Shown here one piece after another: positions 53,001-64,000 of a stretch of 64,000 bases of DNA. Origin of the DNA: Nemertoderma westbladi (taxonomy: Eukaryota > Animalia > Xenacoelomorpha); NCBI GenBank assembly GCA_032718475.1, contig JAUCBJ010004630.1, forward strand, positions 1 to 64,000. The letters run 5' to 3'. Both the position numbers and the translations under genes were made by a program. A model generated the notes under the pieces. The model made no database searches. It was not told the DNA's origin and saw only the letters and a list, made by a program, of their open reading frames with translations. Position 1 is the stretch's first letter. Every line of letters starts with the position of its first letter.

Positions 53001-56000
53001 GGTTTTATTTACACTCACACAGATACTTTACACTGCCCCCACTTCGAGGCTTTATTTACACTCACACAGATACTTTACACTGCCCCCACTTCGAGGCTTT
53101 ATTTGCACTCACACAGATACTTTACACGAACCCCCTTCGATCGAGGTTTTATTTACACTCACACAGATACTTTACACTGCCCCCACTTCGAGGCTTTATT
53201 TGCACTCACACAGATACTTTACACTGCCCCCACTTCGAGGCTTTATTTACACTCACACAGATACTTTACACGAACCCCCTTCGATCGAGGTTTTATTTAC
53301 ACTCACACAGATACTTTACACTGCCCCCACTTCGTGGCTTTATTTGCACTCACACAGATACTTTATACTGCCCCCACTTCGAGGCTTTATTTGCACTCAC
53401 ACAGATACTTTACACGAACCCCCTTCGATCGAGGTTTTATTTACACTCACACAGATACTTTACACTGCCCCCACTTCGAGGCTTTATTTGCACTCACACA
53501 GATACTTTACACTGCCCCCACTTCGAGGCTTTATTTACACTCACACAGATACTTTACACGAACCCCCTTCGATCGAGGTTTTATTTACACTCACACAGAT
53601 ACTTTACACTGCCCCCACTTCGTGGCTTTATTTGCACTCACACAGATACTTTACACTGCCCCCACTTCGAGGCTTTATTTGCACTCACACAGATACTTTA
53701 CACTGCCCCCACTTCGAGGCTTTATTTGCACTCACACAGATACTTTACACTGCCCCCACTTCGAGGCTTTATTTACACTCACACAGATACTTTCCCTTTC
53801 CCCACTTCGAGGCTTTATTTGCACTCACACAGATACTTTCCCTTTCCCCACTTCGAGGCTTTATTTGCACTCACACAGATACTTTACACTGCCCCCACTT
53901 CGAGGCTTTATTTGCACTCACACAGATACTTTACACTGCCCCCACTTCGAGGCTTTATTTGCACTCACACAGATACTTTACACTGCCCCCACTTCGAGGT
54001 TTTATTTGCACTCACACAGATACTTTACACTGCCCCCACTTCGAGGTTTTATTTACACTCACACAGATACTTTACACTGCCCCCACTTCGAGGCTTTATT
54101 TGCACTCACACAGATACTTTACACTGCCCCCACTTCGAGGCTTTATTTGCACTCACACAGATACTTTACACTGCCCCCACTTCGAGGCTTTATTTGCACT
54201 CACACAGATACTTTACACGAACCCCCTTCGATCGAGGTTTTATTTACACTCACACAGATACTTTACACTGCCCCCACTTCGAGGCTTTATTTGCACTCAC
54301 ACAGATACTTTACACTGCCCCCACTTCGTGGCTTTATTTGCACTCACACAGATACTTTACACTGCCCCCACTTCGAGGCTTTATTTACACTCACACAGAT
54401 ACTTTACACGAACCCCCTTCGATCGAGGTTTTATTTACACTCACACAGATACTTTACACTGCCCCCACTTCGTGGCTTTATTTGCACTCACACAGATACT
54501 TTATACTGCCCCCCCTTCGTGGCTTTATTTGCACTCACACAGATACTTTACACTGCCCCCACTTCGAGGCTTTATTTGCACTCACACAGATACTTTACAC
54601 TGCCCCCACTTCGAGGCTTTATTTACACTCACACAGATACTTTACACTGCCCCCACTTCGTGGCTTTATTTGCACTCACACAGATACTTTATACTGCCCC
54701 CCCTTCGTGGCTTTATTTGCACTCACACAGATACTTTACACTGCCCCCACTTCGAGGCTTTATTTGCACTCACACAGATACTTTACACTGCCCCCACTTC
54801 GTGGCTTTATTTGCACTCACACAGATACTTTATAATGCCCCCCCTTCGTGGCTTTATTTGCACTCACACAGATACTTTACACTGCCCCCACTTCGAGACT
54901 TTATTTGCACTCACACAGATACTTTACACTGCCCCCACTTCGAGGCTTTATTTGCACTCACACAGATACTTTACACTGCCCCCACTTCGAGGCTTTATTT
55001 ACACTCACACAGATACTTTACACTGCCCCCACTTCGTGGCTTTATTTGCACTCACACAGATACTTTATACTGCCCCCCCTTCGTGGCTTTATTTGCACTC
55101 ACACAGATACTTTACACTGCCCCCACTTCGAGGCTTTATTTGCACTCACACAGATACTTTACACTGCCCCCACTTCGTGGCTTTATTTGCACTCACACAG
55201 ATACTTTATACTGCCCCCCCTTCGTGGCTTTATTTGCACTCACACAGATACTTTACACTGCCCCCACTTCGAGACTTTATTTGCACTCACACAGATACTT
55301 TACACTGCCCCCACTTCGAGGCTTTATTTGCACTCACACAGATACTTTACACTGCCCCCACTTCGAGGCTTTATTTGCACTCACACAGATACTTTACACG
55401 AACCCCCTTCGATCGAGGCTTTATTTGCACTCACACAGATACTTTACACTGCCCCCACTTCGTGGCTTTATTTGCACTCACACAGATACTTTACACTGCC
55501 CCCCCTTCGAGGCTTTATTTGCACTCACACAGATACTTTACACGAACCCCCTTCGAGGCTTTATTTGCACTCACACAGATACTTTATACTGCCCCCACTT
55601 CGAGGCTTTATTTGCACTCACACAGATACTTTACACGAACCCCCTTCGATCGAGGTTTTATTTGCACTCACACAGATACTTTATACTGCCCCCACTTCGA
55701 GGCTTTATTTGCACTCACACAGATACTTTACACTGCCCCCACTTCGAGGCTTTATTTGCACTCACACAGATACTTTACACTGCCCCCACTTCGAGGCTTT
55801 ATTTGCACTCACACAGATACTTTACACTGCCCCCACTTCGAGGCTTTATTTGCACTCACACAGATACTTTACACTGCCCCCACTTCGAGGCTTTATTTGC
55901 ACTCACACAGATACTTTATACTGCCCCCACTTCGAGGCTTTATTTGCACTCACACAGATACTTTACACTGCCCCCACTTCGAGGCTTTATTTGCACTCAC

Positions 56001-59000
56001 ACAGATACTTTACACTGCCCCCACTTCGAGGCTTTATTTGCACTCACACAGATACTTTACACTGCCCCCACTTCGAGGCTTTATTTGCACTCACACAGAT
56101 ACTTTACACTGCCCCCACTTCGAGGCTTTATTTGCACTCACACAGATACTTTACACTGCCCCCACTTCGAGGCTTTATTTGCACTCACACAGATACTTTA
56201 CACTGCCCCCACTTCGAGGCTTTATTTGCACTCACACAGATACTTTACACGAACCCCCTTCGAGGCTTTATTTGCACTCACACAGATACTTTATACTGCC
56301 CCCACTTCGAGGCTTTATTTGCACTCACACAGATACTTTACACGAACCCCCTTCGATCGAGGTTTTATTTGCACTCACACAGATACTTTATACTGCCCCC
56401 ACTTCGAGGCTTTATTTGCACTCACACAGATACTTTACACGAACCCCCTTCGAGGCTTTATTTGCACTCACACAGATACTTTATACTGCCCCCACTTCGA
56501 GGCTTTATTTGCACTCACACAGATACTTTACACGAACCCCCTTCGAGGCTTTATTTGCACTCACACAGATACTTTACACTGCCCCCACTTCGAGGCTTTA
56601 TTTGCACTCACACAGATACTTTATACTGCCCCCACTTCGAGGCTTTATTTGCACTCACACAGATACTTTACACGAACCCCCTTCGATCGAGGTTTTATTT
56701 GCACTCACACAGATACTTTATACTGCCCCCACTTCGAGGCTTTATTTACACTCACACAGATACTTTACACTGCCCCCACTTCGAGGCTCTATTTGCACTC
56801 ACACAGATACTTTACACGAACCCCCTTCGAGGCTTTATTTGCACTCACACAGATACTTTACACTGCCCCCACTTCGAGGCTTTATTTACACTCACACAGA
56901 TACTTTACACTGCCCCCACTTCGAGGCTTTATTTGCACTCACACAGATACTTTACACTGCCCCCACTTCGAGGCTTTATTTGCACTCACACAGATACTTT
57001 ACACTGCCCCCCCTTCGTGGCTTTATTTACACTCACACAGATACTTTACACGAACCCCCTTCGATCGAGGTTTTATTTGCACTCACACAGATACTTTACA
57101 CGAACCCCCTTCGATCGAGGTTTTATTTGCACTCACACAGATACTTTACACTGCCCCCACTTCGAGGCTTTATTTGCACTCACACAGATACTTTACACTG
57201 CCCCCACTTCGAGGCTTTATTTGCACTCACACAGATACTTTACACGAACCCCCTTCGATCGAGGTTTTATTTGCACTCACACAGATACTTTACACGAACC
57301 CCCTTCGATCGAGGTTTTATTTGCACTCACACAGATACTTTACACTGCCCCCACTTCGAGGCTTTATTTGCACTCACACAGATACTTTACACTGCCCCCA
57401 CTTCGAGGCTTTATTTGCACTCACACAGATACTTTACACGAACCCCCTTCGATCGAGGTTTTATTTGCACTCACACAGATACTTTATACTGCCCCCACTT
57501 CGAGGCTTTATTTACACTCACACAGATACTTTACACTGCCCCCACTTCGAGGCTTTATTTACACTCACACAGATACTTTATACTGCCCCCACTTCGAGGC
57601 TTTATTTACACTCACACAGATACTTTATACTGCCCCCACTTCGAGGCTTTATTTACACTCACACAGATACTTTACACTGCCCCCACTTCGAGGCTTTATT
57701 TACACTCACACATATACTTTACACTGCCCCCACTTCGAGGCTTTATTTACACTCACACAGATACTTTACACTGCCCCCACTTCGAGGCTTTATTTGCACT
57801 CACACAGATACTTTACACGAACCCCCTTCGAGGCTTTATTTGCACTCACACAGATACTTTACACTGCCCCCACTTCGAGGCTTTATTTGCACTCACACAG
57901 ATACTTTACACGAACCCCCTTCGATCGAGGTTTTATTTGCACTCACACAGATACTTTACACGAACCCCCTTCGATCGAGGTTTTATTTGCACTCACACAG
58001 ATACTTTACACTGCCCCCACTTCGAGGCTTTATTTACACTCACACAGATACTTTACACTGCCCCCACTTCGAGGCTTTATTTGCACTCACACAGATACTT
58101 TACACTGCCCCCACTTCGAGGCTTTATTTGCACTCACACAGATACTTTACACGAACCCCCTTCGAGGCTTTATTTGCACTCACACAGATACTTTACACTG
58201 CCCCCACTTCGAGGCTTTATTTGCACTCACACAGATACTTTATACTGCCCCCACTTCGAGGCTTTATTTGCACTCACACAGATACTTTACACGAACCCCC
58301 TTCGAGGCTTTATTTGCACTCACACAGATACTTTACACTGCCCCCACTTCGAGGCTTTATTTGCACTCACACAGATACTTTATACTGCCCCCACTTCGAG
58401 GCTTTATTTGCACTCACACAGATACTTTACACTGTCCCCACTTCGAGGCTTTATTTACACTCACACAGATACTTTACACTGTCCCCACTTCGAGGCTTTA
58501 TTTACACTCACACAGATACTTTACACTGCCCCCACTTCGAGGCTCTATTTGCACTCACACAGATACTTTACACGAACCCCCTTCGAGGCTTTATTTGCAC
58601 TCACACAGATACTTTACACTGCCCCCACTTCGAGACTTTATTTGCACTCACACAGATACTTTACACGAACCCCCTTCGAGGCTTTATTTGCACTCACACA
58701 GATACTTTACACTGCCCCCACTTCGAGACTTTATTTGCACTCACACAGATACTTTACACGAACCCCCTTCGAGGCTTTATTTGCACTCACACAGATACTT
58801 TACACTGCCCCCACTTCGAGACTTTATTTGCACTCACACAGATACTTTACACGAACCCCCTTCGAGGCTTTATTTGCACTCACACAGATACTTTACACTG
58901 CCCCCACTTCGAGGCTTTATTTGCACTCACACAGATACTTTATACTGCCCCCACTTCGAGGCTTTATTTGCACTCACACAGATACTTTACACGAACCCCC

Positions 59001-62000
59001 TTCGAGGCTTTATTTGCACTCACACAGATACTTTACACTGCCCCACTTCGAGGCTTTATTTGCACTCACACAGATACTTTACACTGCCCCCACTTCGAGG
59101 CTTTATTTGCACTCACACAGATACTTTACACTGCCCCCACTTCGAGGCTTTATTTGCACTCACACAGATACTTTATACTGCCCCCACTTCGAGGCTTTAT
59201 TTGCACTCACACAGATACTTTACACGAACCCCCTTCGAGGCTTTATTTGCACTCACACAGATACTTTACACTGCCCCACTTCGAGGCTTTATTTGCACTC
59301 ACACAGATACTTTACACGAACCCACTTCGAGGCTTTATTTGCACTCACACAGATACTTTATACTGCCCCCACTTCGAGGCTTTATTTGCACTCACACAGA
59401 TACTTTACACGAACCCCCTTCGAGGCTTTATTTGCACTCACACAGATACTTTATACTGCCCCCACTTCGAGGCTTTATTTGCACTCACACAGATACTTTA
59501 CACTGCCCCACTTCGAGGCTTTATTTGCACTCACACAGATACTTTACACTGCCCCACTTCGAGGCTTTATTTGCACTCACACAGATACTTTACACTGCCC
59601 CCACTTCGAGGCTTTATTTGCACTCACACAGATACTTTACACTGCCCCCACTTCGAGGCTTTATTTGCACTCACACAGATACTTTACACTGCCCCCACTT
59701 CGAGGCTTTATTTGCACTCACACAGATACTTTACACTGCCCCCACTTCGAGGCTTTATTTGCACTCACACAGATACTTTACACGAACCCACTTCGAGGCT
59801 TTATTTGCACTCACACAGATACTTTATACTGCCCCCACTTCGAGGCTTTATTTGCACTCACACAGATACTTTACACTGCCCCACTTCGAGGCTTTATTTG
59901 CACTCACACAGATACTTTACACTGCCCCCACTTCGAGGCTTTATTTGCACTCACACAGATACTTTACACTGCCCCCACTTCGAGGCTTTATTTGCACTCA
60001 CACAGATACTTTATACTGCCCCCACTTCGAGGCTTTATTTGCACTCACACAGATACTTTACACGAACCCCCTTCGAGGCTTTATTTGCACTCACACAGAT
60101 ACTTTACACTGCCCCACTTCGAGGCTATATTTGCACTCACACAGATACTTTACACGAACCCACTTCGAGGCTTTATTTGCACTCACACAGATACTTTATA
60201 CTGCCCCCACTTCGAGGCTTTATTTGCACTCACACAGATACTTTACACGAACCCCCTTCGATCGAGGTTTTATTTGCACTCACACAGATACTTTATACTG
60301 CCCCCACTTCGAGGCTTTATTTACACTCACACAGATACTTTACACTGCCCCCACTTCGAGGCTCTATTTGCACTCACACAGATACTTTACACGAACCCCC
60401 TTCGAGGCTTTATTTGCACTCACACAGATACTTTACACTGCCCCCACTTCGAGGCTTTATTTGCACTCACACAGATACTTTACACGAACCCCCTTCGATC
60501 GAGGTTTTATTTGCACTCACACAGATACTTTACACGAACCCCCTTCGATCGAGGTTTTATTTGCACTCACACAGATACTTTACACTGCCCCCACTTCGAG
60601 GCTTTATTTGCACTCACACAGATACTTTACACTGCCCCCACTTCGAGGCTTTATTTGCACTCACACAGATACTTTACACGAACCCCCTTCGATCGAGGTT
60701 TTATTTGCACTCACACAGATACTTTATACTGCCCCCACTTCGAGGCTTTATTTACACTCACACAGATACTTTACACTGCCCCCACTTCGAGGCTCTATTT
60801 GCACTCACACAGATACTTTACACGAACCCCCTTCGAGGCTTTATTTGCACTCACACAGATACTTTACACTGCCCCCACTTCGAGGCTTTATTTGCACTCA
60901 CACAGATACTTTACACTGCCCCCACTTCGAGGCTTTATTTGCACTCACACAGATACTTTACACGAACCCCCTTCGAGGCTTTATTTGCACTCACACAGAT
61001 ACTTTACACTGCCCCACTTCGAGACTTTATTTGCACTCACACAGATACTTTACACTGCCCCCACTTCGAGGCTTTATTTGCACTCACACAGATACTTTAC
61101 ACGAACCCCCTTCGAGGCTTTATTTGCACTCACACAGATACTTTACACTGCCCCCACTTCGAGGCTTTATTTGCACTCACACAGATACTTTATACTGCCC
61201 CCACTTCGAGGCTTTATTTGCACTCACACAGATACTTTACACGAACCCCCTTCGAGGCTTTATTTGCACTCACACAGATACTTTACACTGCCCCCACTTC
61301 GAGGCTTTATTTGCACTCACACAGATACTTTATACTGCCCCCACTTCGAGGCTTTATTTGCACTCACACAGATACTTTACACGAACCCCCTTCGAGGCTT
61401 TATTTGCACTCACACAGATACTTTACACGAACCCACTTCGAGGCTTTATTTGCACTCACACAGATACTTTACACTGCCCCACTTCGAGGCTTTATTTGCA
61501 CTCACACAGATACTTTACACGAACCCACTTCGAGGCTTTATTTGCACTCACACAGATACTTTACACGAACCCACTTCGAGGCTTTATTTGCACTCACACA
61601 GATACTTTACACTGCCCCACTTCGAGGCTTTATTTGCACTCACACAGATACTTTACACGAACCCACTTCGAGGCTTTATTTGCACTCACACAGATACTTT
61701 ACACTGCCCCCACTTCGAGACTTTATTTGCACTCACACAGATACTTTACACGAACCCCCTTCGAGGCTTTATTTGCACTCACACAGATACTTTACACTGC
61801 CCCCACTTCGAGACTTTATTTGCACTCACACAGATACTTTACACGAACCCCCTTCGAGGCTTTATTTGCACTCACACAGATACTTTACACTGCCCCCACT
61901 TCGAGACTTTATTTGCACTCACACAGATACTTTACACGAACCCCCTTCGAGGCTTTATTTGCACTCACACAGATACTTTATACTGCCCCCACTTCGAGGC

Positions 62001-64000
62001 TTTATTTGCACTCACACAGATACTTTACACGAACCCCCTTCGAGGCTTTATTTGCACTCACACAGATACTTTACACTGCCCCCACTTCGAGACTTTATTT
62101 GCACTCACACAGATACTTTACACGAACCCCCTTCGATCGAGGCTTTATTTGCACTCACACAGATACTTTACACTGCCCCCACTTCGAGGCTCTATTTGCA
62201 CTCACACAGATACTTTACACGAACCCCCTTCGAGGCTTTATTTGCACTCACACAGATACTTTACACTGCCCCCACTTCGAGGCTTTATTTGCACTCACAC
62301 AGATACTTTACACTGCCCCCACTTCGAGGCTTTATTTACACTCACACAGATACTTTACACTGCCCCCACTTCGAGGCTCTATTTGCACTCACACAGATAC
62401 TTTACACGAACCCCCTTCGAGGCTTTATTTACACTCACACAGATACTTTACACTGCCCCCTTCGATCGAGGCTTTATTTGCACTCACACAGATACTTTAC
62501 ACTGCCCCCACTTCGAGGCTTTATTTGCACTCACACAGATACTTTACACTGCCCCCACTTCGAGGCTCTATTTGCACTCACACAGATACTTTACACGAAC
62601 CCCCTTCGATCGAGGCTTTATTTGCACTCACACAGATACTTTACACTGCCCCCACTTCGAGGCTCTATTTACACTCACACAGATACTTTACACTGCCCCC
62701 ACTTCGAGGCTTTATTTACACTCACACAGATACTTTACACTGCCCCCACTTCGAGGCTCTATTTGCACTCACACAGATACTTTACACTGCCCCCACTTCG
62801 AGGCTTTATTTACACTCACACATATACTTTACACTGCCCCCACTTCGAGGCTTTATTTACACTCACACAGATACTTTATACTGCCCCCACTTCGAGGCTT
62901 TATTTACACTCACACATATACTTTACACTGCCCCCACTTCGAGGCTTTATTTACACTCACACAGATACTTTACACTGCCCCCACTTCGAGGCTTTATTTG
63001 CACTCACACAGATACTTTACACGAACCCCCTTCGAGGCTTTATTTACACTCACACAGATACTTTACACGAACCCCCTTCGAGGCTTTATTTACACTCACA
63101 CAGATACTTTACACTGCCCCCACTTCGAGGCTTTATTTGCACTCACACAGATACTTTACACGAACCCCCTTCGAGGCTTTATTTACACTCACACAGATAC
63201 TTTATACTGCCCCCACTTCGAGGCTTTATTTACACTCACACATATACTTTATACTGCCCCCACTTCGAGGCTTTATTTACACTCACACATATACTTTACA
63301 CTGCCCCCACTTCGAGGCTTTATTTACACTCACACAGATACTTTACACTGCCCCCACTTCGAGGCTTTATTTGCACTCACACAGATACTTTACACGAACC
63401 CCCTTCGAGGCTTTATTTACACTCACACAGATACTTTACACTGCCCCCACTTCGAGGCTTTATTTGCACTCACACAGATACTTTACACGAACCCCCTTCG
63501 AGGCTTTATTTACACTCACACAGATACTTTACACTGCCCCCACTTCGAGGCTTTATTTGCACTCACACAGATACTTTACACGAACCCCCTTCGAGGCTTT
63601 ATTTACACTCACACAGATACTTTATACTGCCCCCACTTCGAGGCTTTATTTACACTCACACAGATACTTTATACTGCCCCCACTTCGAGGCTTTATTTAC
63701 ACTCACACAGATACTTTACACTGCCCCCACTTCGAGGCTTTATTTACACTCACACAGATACTTTACACTGCCCCCACTTCGAGGCTTTATTTGCACTCAC
63801 ACAGATACTTTACACGAACCCCCTTCGAGGCTTTATTTACACTCACACAGATACTTTACACTGCCCCCACTTCGAGGCTTTATTTGCACTCACACAGATA
63901 CTTTACACGAACCCCCTTCGAGGCTTTATTTACACTCACACAGATACTTTACACTGCCCCCACTTCGAGGCTCTATTTGCACTCACACAGATACTTTACA
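22999..64000. repeat. ~41-kb tandem satellite, 47-bp consensus CTTCGAGGCTTTATTT(G/A)CACTCACACAGATACTTTACACTGCCCCCA, roughly 860 units, continuing past the window
   Basis: Head-to-tail, single orientation, no insertions seen. Main types are A (47 bp, tgccccca), B (50 bp, gaacccccttcgatcga) and 46-bp versions of both. Copy number is estimated from length. Confidence 0.99.

Noticed and set aside
23065-54835. Giant 244-7606-aa ORFs as real genes
   Set aside because: They overlap in all three frames, start at TTG, tolerate frequent frame-shifting monomers and simply translate a stop-free satellite.
22999-64000. CRISPR-like array
   Set aside because: No unique spacers; the variable segment has only a few recurring alleles; no cas genes; eukaryotic context.
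22999-64000. CENP-B box or Pol III B-box in the monomer
   Set aside because: CTTCG is present but the downstream A..CGGG is absent; minus-strand GGTTCGTG is a poor B-box match with no A-box.

Overview
Eukaryotic (animal, probably invertebrate) genomic DNA with no prokaryotic genes, CRISPR arrays or RNA genes. Bases 1-23,000 are a nested transposon field. It contains an uninterrupted >653-codon minus-strand gag-like ORF running off the left edge with a candidate 5' LTR, several RTE-clade LINE pieces, an L2/CR1 RT remnant, a decayed BEL/Pao gag, a TIR element and Helentron/DINE-1-like non-autonomous repeats. One host gene lies within it: a two-exon minus-strand gene for a secreted protein (signal peptide, atypical two-disulfide Kazal domain, short linker, N-terminally truncated fibrinogen-related domain). 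Its second exon is broken by a 5'-truncated RTE insertion with a perfect 12-bp TSD. From ~22,999 to the window end is one uninterrupted ~41-kb tandem array of a 47-bp monomer with 46/50-bp variants. The array begins at a hairpin + CTAG motif resembling a Helitron 3' end. The giant ORFs listed over the array are artefacts of a monomer with no plus-strand stop codons. All calls were made by eye; no searches were run.
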